Shown: in pieces, positions 1 through 13,900 of the stretch | Numbering within the stretch: position 1 is the first letter of the stretch | How the letters are laid out: every line of letters starts with the position of its first letter | Assembly: GCA_964016885.1 (NCBI GenBank) | Contig: OZ024741.1 | Coordinates: forward strand, 143,654,001-143,718,000 | Reading direction: 5' to 3' | Length of the DNA stretch: 64,000 bases | Source: Eledone cirrhosa | Lineage: Eukaryota | The notes under the pieces: model-generated | Databases searched by the model: none | What the model saw: only the letters and a program-made list of their open reading frames with translations | Told to the model about the DNA's origin: nothing | Translations under genes and position numbers: made by a program

Positions 1-580
1 TAGTGGTATTTATTGAGTTCAAATCCTGCCTTGGTTAATTTTGCCTTTTATCCTTCTGGGCTGATAAACTAAAGTACCAGTAAAGTACTTAGTTCAATAT
101 AATCAACTTCCCCCTCCCCCAAAATTGTTAGCTTTGTGCCTAAAGTCGAAATCATTACTTCAGCCTTACCTTACATATTCTAAATTTGGAATGATAAAAA
201 GATGGGCATGGCTCTGTGAAAGGATAAATAAATTTGTGAAGCATTCCATATTTTTTTTCAGGGTGGTGGATTGGCAGAATCAGTAGACCATCAAACAAAA
301 TGCTTTGCAGCATTTATTATGGCTATTTACATTCTGAGTTCAAATCTTGAAGTCAACTTTTCTTTTCATTCTTCCATGGTCGACAAAATAAAGTACCAGT
401 AAACTACTGGAGTTGATTTAACTGACTGCTCAGTTTGGTTTAAATTTTTGCAGGATCAACCTTACCTTTCATCTTCCTGAGGTAACAAGAAAAATTGCTT
501 GTCTAGTTATAGGGTGATATTAATCGATTAAACACTTACCCTTTTTCGAAAATTTTTGACCTAGTTCCTATGTTATAAGT
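1..580 (+). mobile_element. Three tandem decayed copies of the same SINE family
   Basis: GAGTTCAAATC and CCTTT.ATC.TTC...AAAGTACCAGT motifs near 15, 335 and 450. Confidence 0.7.
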
Positions 581-2649
581 GTAGAGTACTGGGGTATTAT
601 CTGCAAATCTTCAAGGAATTATACATTATATTTTGCCACTTTTAATACACTGCCCACAAGAGTTCTTTGGCCTTCGGTTGATTAACGACCCCCTCCCTAT
701 ATTCTTTTCATTACCATCAAATATTAAGTTTAATTAGCTAATTTAATAAACCACTACCCAACAAAGGCAAACTTGATTTTTTTCCACAACTGTAGATTGT
801 GCTAACATTAATTGTAATTAAAAATATCAATTTTTATTTTCTTTTGTTGTTTTGTTATTCTTCAGCCACACAGGTTTGCTCAATTAGGGCTCACCTATGA
901 TCTAAAACATTCCAACCATGTTGCTTTTCATACTCCCTGCTATTTAGCAACTCACACTCAACAATTCTTTAGAATTCAGGCGAATACCTCATCACAATTA
1001 CAAATATTAGTAGTCTTAGTACTGACCTGATTCACTGCCAACATACCATTGTTCCATCCTTAAATCTGACTGTACACACTTTCTCATTGTCACTACTCTA
1101 ACCAACTTATTCTTTGATGCATTCACCACCAGCACAGAGTTGGCTACCTGTAGGTGAGCATCGCAAGCTCAAATCCCTCATCACCCTCCAGGGAAGCGCC
1201 TTCTCTATTCTGTCGATTTTCTCATAATAGTGAGATATGGGGATAGTGGGAGTTTGGTTCCTTTGTGTTCGGACCTGGTGTATATGTTTCACGGACATTA
1301 CCTACGTGAAAGAATCCAGAAGAGAGATTCTTTGAAGAGTTTGAAAGTTCATATCACTCACACACTCTCTGCACTTTACTTTACGGGAAACTTTGTTGAA
1401 AGTTTCCACTAAATCAAACCCCGGAAAACAAATTCTTCCTCATCTCTGTACTTCTGTAAGTGCCTCACAAAATTAAAAGAAAAAGAAATGCCTCACTTGT
1501 TCCCTTTCCGAGCACAAAACTGCATTTCAGCAACCTTCATTCTGTGTTCTAATACTTTAATTGTCCGATCAACAATAATAAACAAAGAACGTATTGAATT
1601 TTTGTTTATTGAAAATAAATTTTTTTTTTTTTTTTTTTTTAATGTTATTTAATTTGTGAGGAAGAAAATGAGTATGGGTTTTTTTTAAAAATGAAATGGA
1701 AGATATAAAAAATACAAACATTTATATAAAAATGATCACATGAGTTTATTCCAAATCACTTAAGAGAAAGAGTAAATAAAATAAATAACCACCTGAGAAA
1801 CTCATTTTTTCCAGAAGAAACCTTGGTCGTAATGTGATGTAACGACTGATAAACAAAAAACCCCCACCCCACCAGAAAAATTACAACTCCAGTTTGCCAA
1901 CCAACAAAAACTGAAGAGCTAAATGAGGACCACTAATAAAGCATCTTTTGAAAACCTTGCACAGGTTTTATTAACCAGGAATAAGAAATTTAACCCATAA
2001 AAAAATTCATTTCTATTAGAAGGAATAATCAAATTGAAATTCACAAATATGCACATCTATATGTATGTGCTTACTTTCAATTTTGATTTTAATAAAAAAA
2101 AAACAAATTACTAGTTTAATTTAAATACTTTCCTAAATTAGTTTTAGCAATTTGTCAAAGAAAACAAAAGAAAGTGGGAGTAGGGGGTAAACCAAAATCT
2201 GTATCCTTGGAAACTAAAAGAATAAATAGTTTTTTCTTTCTAGTTTTAGTCATTAGACTATAGCTATTCTCAGGCACCACTTTGATTTATAAACGCTAGT
2301 ACTTATTTTATCTATCTTTTTTTTGTCAAACTGCTAAAACGCACACACACGATGGGCTTCTGCAGTTTCTTGAGTTAAAGGCATTGGGCAACCCAATTCT
2401 ATAGTAGACAATTGCCCAAGGTACCACCATGCAGAGAGACTGAACCCAGAACTCTGGTTGTGAAGTGAACTTTACTACACAGCCAGTAAAATACATCTAT
2501 ATGAAAAAAAGTTAAAGGTAAATGAAAAGTGTCTGCGTAGATAATGAATTGTCCTGACAAACAATATAGCACCAAATAAAAAGAATATCTGTTAAGACAG
2601 TCTCTTTCAATATTAAACATGAGGCAGAAGAAACTTTAAATGTATATTT

Positions 2650-2760
2650 GTATGGAAGGAAGTCTTGGGATATGGTAGTGAAGACTGAACTCAAGAAACT
2701 AAGCCTCACAACTAATATGACAAAGGATCAAGAGAGTTGGCACTATGCTGTGATGATGAA
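2650..2760 (+). mobile_element. Decayed RTE 3' terminus
   Basis: GRKSWDMVVKTELKKLSLTTNMTKDQESWHYAV resembles RTE C-termini (RKTW...D..W). Confidence 0.45.
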
Positions 2761-5540
2761 GACCTGGTCATGAGGATACAATATGACCTGGCCCGTCCTT
2801 CCCTTCCACTAGCATTCTTCACCCATGACCTCTCATTACAACCCCTACATCCTCTCCCTTTATACTATCAGTCACCCGGCCAAATCACTACATACTTATT
2901 TCCCTCCCCCACTACAGAGCAGGGGGGGGGGGGGCTATGACCAATAACCACTCTAGTGACAGTACCATGAAAATGAACCTTGTGGGATGGGCACCCCACT
3001 GTAGAAATGCATAAGAAGGTCCAGAGGAACCCTCGGTTGTGCCGATAACACTGCAACCCTCTAGGATTGATAAAAGTACCCAGTACGCGCTGTAATGTGG
3101 TTGGTGATAGGAAGGCCATTCAGCCACACAATTTCTCTAGTGTCATGAAAAAAGGCACTTGGTAGAACATGGAACTGTATGTAAGCAAGATGCAAATCCT
3201 TGGCCTATCTGGGCGGTCAGTTGTCATGCTTCAATGCAGACTTGGTCTTCACAGACCAGTCTAACCATTGTTAAGAGGGAAAGTGGACATTAAATGATGA
3301 TATATATATATATATATATATGCAAAGCTGTGAGGCTATATACGTCAAACCATGACAAAGCTGGTGTCTCTGTTGGGAGTGACCAGTTGGGTATGAGCAT
3401 AAGCATACAAAAAATGTATGAATATATATCATCATCAAATTATATAAATATGTATATTATATATATATATATATATATAATAAATGTGCTTTTGTTCCCA
3501 TGTGCTTCATCTTTGTTCCATGTTACTATACACATACATATATAATCATCATCAACAACATTTTGTTCAATATTTTTTTATACATATACTTACAGCTATT
3601 TGTACAACACAAAATAACTTCCATGTATTCTGGAGATGGCCAGAGCATTTAATATATGAGAAGAGCAGAGATCTGTGTAAACATCCTAGTATTTCCTGAA
3701 AATGTTTCACAATAAATATGTTAACTTCTAACATAAGCTTCAAATTTTTTGGTAGTGGTGGTCGGGGAAGCTGAACTGTTGATTTTTGACTGGTACTTAT
3801 TTTATAAATTCCATCAACACTGCCATGGAGGAATAACAGGCAAAGGTCACCTTGGCAGGATTCAAAAACAACGAAAAGCAGTGTAATTAATACTCTAAAT
3901 GATATGTACATCAATGTATATACTTGTCAGGGATGATGATATACTTGTAACTCATGGATAACTCATATTTATCAATGATTACTAATCACTAGTTTGAAAT
4001 CTGGCCTGGGCCTATTACCAGCCTTACATGGGCCTTCCTACATGTTGACAGAAAAGTTAGTTTAGTTCAAGACACACATGCATGTTACAGTAATAAACTC
4101 ATTATAATCATAACTTACAAAACCTTATTGATAATAGAATCAAGCTATATGAAAACTTTAAATCTTTACCAACATTAGAACAGGTATTTGATGAAGACGA
4201 TGATGATGATGATGATGATGATGCAACCATCCATTTAAAACTATAATATAAACCTTGCAAGAATCATGGCGGATTGGAAGATGACTAACTAAGAACAAAC
4301 ACTAAGGACAGTAAGTGGGGTTAAACTGGAATATGATTTTTTAATATATATTTTTTCATGACCTTGTTGAGTAGTAAAACCTTTAGTTTAGAAATAACAT
4401 TTGAACCCAATCTGATACTGTGTACTTATCCAGAAATATGACACCCAATGAGAATTAAAGAAAGAGAAAAAATTGATTGAATAGCATTGTAGAAGTAAAT
4501 ACTGAACCATTTTCCCATTTCTAAAGATGAGGTTAATTAGCCAGAAAAATGACGATCTTAACTAATCTCACATATTTAGATTTTATTACTTTTACTTGTT
4601 GTTTAGCCCTAGGTCAGTCCTAAGTGAACAGACCATTTGTGACTATCCCAGTTTCTTTTTTATAGATACAATGTATCTAGGATCACATTTATTGTGTCTA
4701 CCCTACCTGCCATTTAAAAAAATGATTTAAGATAGGTATGATGTGCATGTGGTCTGATGGAGATACTGTGCATCTTAGTGTTATAAATTTTTTTAGAATA
4801 TCTAATTTCAGTCTCAGCTCTGACATGGTTTGTCAACATTATCCAGTGTCAACAATTACTGCTATGTCTCTTCATTTGATCTGTGATTCTACCTTTAGTT
4901 AGTACATAGTAAGTAGTAGCAGCACCCCTACTGAGGTAACATCTGACAGCAGATGTCTGCAACACATCAGAGACACAAATATTGAACCACAAAAAAAAAA
5001 CAAAAAAACAAAAAAAAACAACAACAACCCAGTAATGAAATAACAGCAAGAAGTGGTGGTGGGGTTAGTAACTATTTACATAAGTTTTCTATTTTCAGTT
5101 TTGAAAAAATAGTTGGTAGAAGAGGAGGGAGATAGGAGCACCAAACCGGATACAACTCCCCATGATCATACAGAAAATGTCTATAAAATTTTTTTTTTTT
5201 GCCCCTACATCAGAGGCGTGGAAGTTGCACATGTGCCAGCAGCTAAAATAATTCAACATATGATGCAATTGCAACACATAGGAGTGCAGCAGGAGACAAC
5301 ACCATGCAATCTGCCCAACAATTGGAAAGACTATGAGAATTAGTCAGTTACCTGTAAATAGCACCAATGGTAGATTGAAATTTTACAATTATCCAAGTCC
5401 TTGTTGAGTTTATGTGAAGAATAAATGTTGTTTGATTGAGAGTATATGTATGTGTGTGAATATATATATAAACCTCACTTTCTAATATATATATGTATAT
5501 ATATATTAGAAAGTGAGGTTTTTTTTTTACAAAATGAAAA

Positions 5541-5962
5541 AAAAATTAAATATAAAACATTTATGAGCATAACCTAAAACAGAAAAAAGAGGTGAGAAGA
5601 TTTATCATTTTCTTTCTGTTTTAGAATTTGCATGCTAATGTCATAAACATGTGTGTGTGTGTGTGTATGTATATATATATATATATATAAGGAAAAAAGA
5701 TGAAATCGAAAATGCAACTGGAGTCTTTTTATATATTTATTTGGTTCCTTTACCGGTTTCGCAGTTCTTCTGCTTTTCAAAAGTAGTAAAGAGAGGGTTT
5801 ATGGTTTTTCTCACATCAGATGTGAGAAAAACCACAAACCCTCCATCTCAATTCTACTTTTGAAAAGCAGAAGAACTGCGAAACCGGTAAAGGAACAAAA
5901 TAAATATATACTTTTATAAAAAAAGACTCCAGTTCAGTTGCATTTTCGATTTCCTCTTTTTT

Positions 5963-5997
<35 letters not shown>

Positions 5998-6124
5998 CAC
6001 ACACACACACACACATGTTTATGACATTAGCATGCAAATTCTAAAACAGAAAGAAAATGATAAATCTTCTCACCTCTTTTTTCTGTTTTAGGTTATGCTC
6101 ATAAATGTTTTATATTTAATTTTT
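5541..6124. repeat. Large near-perfect palindrome centred on 5818, with arms of about 280 and 305 bp
   Basis: Centre TTTTTCTCACATC-A-GATGTGAGAAAAA. The outer arms, including the (GT)n/(TA)n tracts, are reverse complements. Confidence 0.95.
5857..5892 (+). ncRNA. Minimal type-I hammerhead ribozyme motif with U3:A8 core variant (Penelope/retrozyme-like)
   Basis: CTT-UUGAAAA-GCAG(AAGAA)CUGC-GAAA-CCGG-UA-AAG. Mirror copy on the minus strand at about 5748-5784 and a third copy at 63908-63944. Confidence 0.65.
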
Positions 6125-6470
6125 ATTTAATATTTTATCTGGCCACGTTATAGGTTATCTCTCTCTCTTTACACACACACATACATACATACATTATATA
6201 TATATATATATATATATACAAACATACACACACACACACACATATGTATACATATATATACATACACACACACAAAGAGAAATGTTATTGTATGTGAATG
6301 TGCACTTACATGTAATATGTATGTATATATCTATGAATGTATATATCTATGAATGTATATAATAATGTGTAACTATATGTATATATATATATGTGTGTGC
6401 GTGTATAAGTCTGACAGTCTTTAAGGTGCCTGCAGGTCAGTCGTTCCTATCACTCCTGTCTTAATTCAGT

Positions 6471-7603
6471 TTAAGATTTCTGTACTATCTTTTTGTTCTT
6501 GTTGACTACGGGTGGATTATCTGCCTTAAATACAACCTTCTTCTTTGACTTTAATTTTTCCATTTTCTCTTCAAATTCAAATATTAGCCGAGCCAGCTGT
6601 GACCGGTTTGCAAGAGCTTCCAGTCTTCGAGTCCTGCACCTTTCATAGATGTAGGCTGGTGACGACTGTATGCAGTTGATTTCTTTGTAGCGGTGCTTCA
6701 GCGTTGGTTCAATTGCACGTAACACGTGCACATTTTTGTGTTTGAGGAACATTCTAAAGAGATCATAATTATTCACGTCTCTTGACAGAACATTCTTCCG
6801 AGCTTCCTGGTAGTCCTTGTTGTAGAAGCTACTGTGTTCATATGAGTAGATGTCAAAATGGCCGACACTTTTCTTGAGGTCGATTGATGTCGGATACGGT
6901 CGCTTATCATAAATCAGGTTTGGCTTGTATTGCCAAAAGCCAATTGGGAAGAACACTTGCCAGTTTAGGATGTTGTTCATACGAACACGGTTGAAGAACT
7001 CTGTTGCCAGATCCATGCCAACTGTTGACAACAGCAGCAAGGATTCCGGCAAGAAATGTCTTGTTACAGAATCCATGAACATCAAGTCGGACACATAAGA
7101 ACTGACAGTTTCATAGTTCATCCATCGGATTTTCTCTTTGTGGTACTTGTTGTTGTAATATGTGATCATTGATTTGAGGACATAGAACTTATCTTCTTTC
7201 AGTAAGTGTGAATTGTTCTTGTAAATAAATACAACCAAAAGATTGGTGTTGTCTCCAGCGTCCAGACAATTCTGTGCATAAGAGTCAAGAAAGCTACCCA
7301 ATTCTCCTTGGTCATCATCTGACACTGGTAAGATGAGGTTCACCTGTGTGCTCTCTGTTACATATGGCATTGGGATAATTTCCACGTGGCCAAGCGGACG
7401 CATCAGGTGAAAACGTTTTTCCACGGTTCTTCCTCCAGTCTCGTCTTTCAGCGAGAAATCAACAATGTACTCCATTCCTCGATATGGGTCAAATCGACGG
7501 TAGCCATTGACCAAATGTGAAAATTTGTAGCGATCCTTGTACTTCTGGGACAGTTTATTTTTAGCTGTTGTGAGGACTTCGTTGACATCAAGTTTGTTAA
7601 TTC
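6471..7603 (-). CDS. CHPF: Chondroitin polymerizing factor (CHPF/CHPF2, chondroitin sulfate synthase 2-like), last coding exon
   Basis: ORF carries CHPF-family motifs GYRRFDPYRGMEY, VEIIPMPYVTE, FFNRVRMNNILNWQVFFP, GHFD...FYNKDY and HVLRAIEP. A polypyrimidine tract and acceptor ttgcAG (7605-7604) give a phase-1 start. Stop TAA at 6473-6471. The ORF-track Met at 7661 is intronic. Confidence 0.93.
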
Positions 7604-7960
7604 CTGCAAGGAAAAAAAAAGAAGATATAAAGAAATGAAGGCAAAAGGTAAAACAGGCCATAAAAGGATAAAAGGTAGTGAAAGGATAGTTTTATAACAC
7701 TTTGAACTAGTTATATTTTCTATGATGGAGGGGGGGGGGGGGGGGTACTAACAATTCTATTTCAGACGTTACTTCCGACTACAAATGTAAGACTTTCAAA
7801 CGAGACACCAACCGAACTCCTGACAACGTATCTCATTGTTTATTTATAATAGTCCGCAGAGTCCATTTCTTTAATCCAAAAGGGGTGTTCACCACTACAG
7901 ATAGATCTTTCCTTGTATATTTATGAGATAGTCAATGAAAAGGGAAGAAAGGTCATGATC

Positions 7961-10900
7961 ATGTTGTTTACAGCCACAGTTCACAGTGGTAGTGACTGAT
8001 GTTTAAAGTAACATTCAATGATTGTGTTGTTTACAGTCACAGCGGTAGTGACTATGATGTTTACAGTTACAGTGACTGTGTTGTTTATAGTCACAGTGAT
8101 AGTGACTGATCTTTAGAATCACAGTAAACATTGATTGTGTTGTTTAGTCACGGTGGTAGTGACTGTAATGTTAACAGTCACAGTGGTAGTGATTGTTTTG
8201 TTTACAGTCACAGTGGTAGTGACTGTGATGTTTATAGTCACAGTGGTAGTGATTGTGATGTTTATAGTCACAGTGGTAGTGATTGTTTTGTTTACAGTCA
8301 CAGTGGTAGTGACTGTGATGTTTACAGTCACAGTGGTAGTGACTGTGATGTTTATAGTCACAGTGGTAGTGACTGATGTTTACAGTCACAGTGGTAGTGA
8401 CTGTGATGTTTATAGTCACAGTGGTAGTGACTGTGATATTTATAGTCACAGTGGTAGTGACTGTGATATTTATAGTCACAGTGGGAGTGACTGTGATATT
8501 TATAGTCACAGTTGTAGTGACTGTGATGTTTACAGTCACAGTGGTAGTGACTGATGTTTACAGTCACAGTGGTAGTGACTGTGATGTTTATAGTCACAGT
8601 GGTAGTGACTGTGATGTTTATAGTCACAGTGGTAGTGACTGATGTTTACAGTCACAGTGGTAGTGACTGATGTTTACAGTCACAGTGGTAGTGACTGATG
8701 TTTATAGTCACGGTGGTAGTGATTGTGATGTTTACAGTCACGGTGGTAGTGACTGTGATGTTTACAGTCACAGTGGTAGTGACTGATGTTTACAGTCACA
8801 GTGGTAGTGACTGTGATGTTTATAGTCACAGTGGTACTGACTGTGATGTTTACAGTCACAGTGGTAGTGACTGATGTTTACAGTCACAGTGGTACTGACT
8901 GTGATGTTTATAGTCACAGTGGTAGTGACTGTGATGTTTACAGTCACAGTGGTAGTGACTGATGTTTACAGTCACGGTGGTAGTGATTGTGTTTACAATC
9001 ACAGTGGTAGTGACTGTGATGTTTACAGTCACAGTGGTAGTGACTGTGATGTTTACAGTCACAGTGGTAGTGACTGTAATGTTTACAGTCACAGTGGTAG
9101 TGACTGTGATGTTTACAGTCACAGTGGTAGTGACTGATTATAGTCACGGTGGTAGTGACTGTGACGTTTACAGTCACAGTGGTAGTGACTGTGATGTTTA
9201 CAGTCACAGTGGTAGTGACTGATGTTTACAGTCACAGTGGTAGTGAGTGTGATGTTTACAGTCACAGTGGTAGTGAGTGTGATGTTTACAGTCACAGTGG
9301 TAGTGACTGTGATGTTTACAGTCACAGTGGTAGTGACTGATGTTTATAGTCACAGTGGTACTGACTGTGATGTTTACAGTCACAGTTGTAGTGACTGATG
9401 TTAACACTCACAGTTGTAGTGACTGTGATGTTTACAGTCACAGTGGTACTGACTGATGTTTATAGTCACAGTGGTACTGACTGATGTTTACAGTCACAGT
9501 GGTAGTGACTGATGTTTACAGTCACAGTGGTAGTGACTGTGATGTTTACAGTCACAGTGGTAGTGACTGATGTTTACAGTCACAGTGGTAGTGATTGTGA
9601 TGTTTACAGTCACAGTGGTAGTGACTGATGTTTACAGTCACAGTGGTAGTGACTGATGTTTATAGTCACAGTGGTAGTGATGTGATGTTTACAGTCACAG
9701 TGGTAGTGACTGATGTTTACAGTCACAGTGGTAGTGACTGATGTTTACAGTCACAGTTGTAGTGACTGATGTTTACAGTCACAGTTGTAGTGACTGATGT
9801 TTACAGGCACAGTGGTAGTGACTGTGATGTTCATAGTCACAGTGGTAGTGACTGATGTTTACAGTCACAGTGGTAGTGACTGTGATGTTTACAGTCACAG
9901 TGGTACTGACTGATGTTTACAGTCACAGTGGTAGTGACTGATGTTTACAGTCACAGTGGTACTGACTGATGTTTACAGTCACAGTGGTACTGACTGTGAT
10001 GTTTACAGTCACAGTGGTAGTGACTGATGTTTACAGTCACAGTGGTACTGACTGATGTTTACAGTCACAGTGGTACTGACTGTGATGTTTACAGTCACAG
10101 TGGTAGTGACTGATGTTTACAGTCACAGTGGTAGTGACTGTGATGTTTACAGTCACAGTGGTACTGACTGTGATGTTTACAGTCACAGTGGTAGTGACTG
10201 ATGTTTACAGTCACAGTGGTAGTGACTGATGTTTACAGTCACAGTGGTAGTGACTGATGTTTACAGTCACAGTGGTAGTGACTGATGTTTACAGTCACAG
10301 TCGTAGTGACTGATGTTTACAGTCACAGTGGTAGTGACTGTGACGTTTACAGTCACAGTGGTAGTGACTGATGTTTACAGTCACAGTGGTAGTGACTGAT
10401 GTTTACAGTCACAGTGGTAGTGACTGTAATGTTTAGTCACAGTGGTAGTGACTGTGATGTTTACAGTCACAGCGGTAGTAACTGTGATGTTTACAGTCAC
10501 AGTTGTAGTGACTGATGTTAACACTCACAGTTGTAGTGACTGTGATGTTTACAGTCACAGTGGTACTGACTGATGTTTATAGTCACAGTGGTACTGACTG
10601 ATGTTTACAGTCACAGTGGTAGTGACTGATGTTTACAGTCACAGTGGTAGTGACTGTGATGTTTACAGTCACAGTGGTAGTGACTGTGATGTTTACAGTC
10701 ACAGTGGTAGTGACTGATGTTTACAGTCACAGTGGTAGTGATTGTGATGTTTACAGTCACAGTGGTAGTGAGTGTGATGTTTACAGTCACAGTGGTAGTG
10801 ACTGATGTTTACAGTCACAGTGGTAGTGACTGATGTTTATAGTCACAGTGGTAGTGATGTGATGTTTACAGTCACAGTGGTAGTGACTGATGTTTACAGT

Positions 10901-13900
10901 CACAGTGGTAGTGACTGATGTTTACAGTCACAGTTGTAGTGACTGATGTTTACAGTCACAGTGGTAGTGACTGTGATGTTCATAGTCACAGTGGTAGTGA
11001 CTGATGTTTACAGTCACAGTGGTAGTTACTGTGATGTTTACAGTCACAGTGGTACTGACTGATGTTTACAGTCACAGTGGTAGTGACTGATGTTTACAGT
11101 CACAGTGGTAGTGACTGTGATGTTCATAGTCACAGTGGTAGTGACTGTGATGTTTACAGTCACGGTGGTAGTGACTGTGATGTTTACAGTCACAGTGGTA
11201 CTGACTGATGTTTACAGTCACAGTGGTACTGACTGTGATGTTTACAGTCACAGTGGTAGTGACTGATGTTTACAGTCACAGTGGTACTGACTGATGTTTA
11301 CAGTCACAGTGGTAGTGACTGATGTTTACAGTCACAGTGGTAGTGACTGTGATGTTTACAGTCACAGTGGTACTGACTGTGATGTTTACAGTCACAGTGG
11401 TAGTGACTGATGTTTACAGTCACAGTGGTAGTGACTGATGTTTACAGTCACAGTGGTAGTGACTGTGATGTTTACAGTCACAGTGGTAGTGACTGATGTT
11501 TACAGTCACAGTGGTAGTGACTGTGACGTTTACAGTCACAGTGGTAGTGACTGATGTTTACAGTCACAGTGGTAGTGACTGTGATGTTTAGTCACAGTGG
11601 TAGTGACTGTGATGTTTACAGTCACAGTGGTAGTGACTGTGATGTTTACAGTCACAGTGGTAGTGACTGTAATGTTTACAGTCACAGTGGTAGTGACTGA
11701 TGTTTACAGTCACAGTGGTAGTGACTGTGATGTTTACAGTCACAGTGGTAGTGACTGATGTTTACAGTCACAGTGGTAGTGACTGATGTTTACAGTCACA
11801 GTGGTAGTGACTGATGTTTATAGTCACGGTGGTAGTGATTGTGATGTTTACAGTCACGGTGGTAGTGACTGTGATGTTTACAGTCACAGTGGTAGTGACT
11901 GATGTTTACAGTCACAGTGGTAGTGACTGTGATGTTTATAGTCACAGTGGTACTGACTGTGATGTTTACAGTCACAGTGGTAGTGACTGATGTTTACAGT
12001 CACAGTGGTACTGACTGTGATGTTTATAGTCACAGTGGTAGTGACTGTGATGTTTACAGTCACAGTGGTAGTGACTGATGTTTACAGTCACGGTGGTAGT
12101 GATTGTGTTTACAATCACAGTGGTAGTGACTGTGATGTTTACAGTCACAGTGGTAGTGACTGTGATGTTTACAGTCACAGTGGTAGTGACTGTAATGTTT
12201 ACAGTCACAGTGGTAGTGACTGTGATGTTTACAGTCACAGTGGTAGTGACTGATGTTTACAGTCACAGTGGTAGTGACTGATGTTTACAGTCACGGTGGT
12301 AGTGACTGCGATGTTTACAGTCACAGTGGTAGTGACTGATTATAGTCACGGTGGTAGTGACTGTGACGTTTACAGTCACAGTGGTAGTGACTGTGATGTT
12401 TACAGTCACAGTGGTAGTGACTGATGTTTACAGTCACAGTGGTAGTGAGTGTGATGTTTACAGTCACAGTGGTAGTGAGTGTGATGTTTACAGTCACAGT
12501 GGTAGTGACTGTGATATTTACAGTCACAGTGGTAGTGACTGATGTTTATAGTCACAGTGGTACTGACTGTGATGTTTACAGTCACAGTTGTAGTGACTGA
12601 TGTTAACACTCACAGTTGTAGTGACTGTGATGTTTACAGTCACAGTGGTACTGACTGATGTTTATAGTCACAGTGGTACTGACTGATGTTTACAGTCACA
12701 GTGGTAGTGACTGATGTTTACAGTCACAGTGGTAGTGACTGTGATGTTTACAGTCACAGTGGTAGTGACTGTGATGTTTACAGTCACAGTGGTAGTGACT
12801 GATGTTTACAGTCACAGTGGTAGTGATTGTGATGTTTACAGTCACAGTGGTAGTGACTGATGTTTACAGTCACAGTGGTAGTGACTGATGTTTATAGTCA
12901 CAGTGGTAGTGATGTGATGTTTACAGTCACAGTGGTAGTGACTGATGTTTACAGTCACAGTGGTAGTGACTGATGTTTACAGTCACAGTTGTAGTGACTG
13001 ATGTTTACAGGCACAGTGGTAGTGACTGTGATGTTCATAGTCACAGTGGTAGTGACTGATGTTTACAGTCACAGTGGTAGTGACTGTGATGTTTACAGTC
13101 ACAGTGGTACTGACTGATGTTTACAGTCACAGTGGTAGTGACTGATGTTTACAGTCACAGTGGTAGTGACTGTGATGTTCATAGTCACAGTGGTAGTGAC
13201 TGTGATGTTTACAGTCACGGTGGTAGTGACTGTGATGTTTACAGTCACAGTGGTAGTGACTGATGTTTACAGTCACAGTGGTACTGACTGATGTTTACAG
13301 TCACAGTGGTACTGACTGTGATGTTTACAGTCACAGTGGTAGTGACTGATGTTTACAGTCACAGTGGTACTGACTGATGTTTACAGTCACAGTGGTACTG
13401 ACTGTGATGTTTACAGTCACAGTGGTAGTGACTGATGTTTACAGTCACAGTGGTAGTGACTGTGATGTTTACAGTCACAGTGGTACTGACTGTGATGTTT
13501 ACAGTCACAGTGGTAGTGACTGATGTTTACAGTCACAGTGGTAGTGACTGATGTTTACAGTCACAGTGGTAGTGACTGTGATGTTTACAGTCACAGTGGT
13601 AGTGACTGATGTTTACAGTCACAGTCGTAGTGACTGATGTTTACAGTCACAGTGGTAGTGACTGTGATGTTTACAGTCACAGTGGTAGTGACTGATGTTT
13701 ACAGTCACAGTGGTAGTGACTGTGATGTTTAGTCACAGTGGTAGTGACTGTGATGTTTACAGTCACAGTGGTAGTGACTGTGATGTTTACAGTCACAGTG
13801 GTAGTGACTGTAATGTTTACAGTCACAGTGGTAGTGACTGATGTTAACACTCACAGTTGTAGTGACTGTGATGTTTACAGTCACAGTGGTACTGACTGAT

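Noticed and set aside
1107-5343. Short ORFs in the first 5 kb
   Set aside because: No recognisable domains. They overlap SINE fragments and microsatellites and are probably intergenic or 3' UTR sequence.
7604-7661. N-terminal MACFTFCLHFFISSFFFLA as a CHPF signal or TM segment
   Set aside because: This is the intron polypyrimidine tract. The true exon starts at 7603 after the AG.
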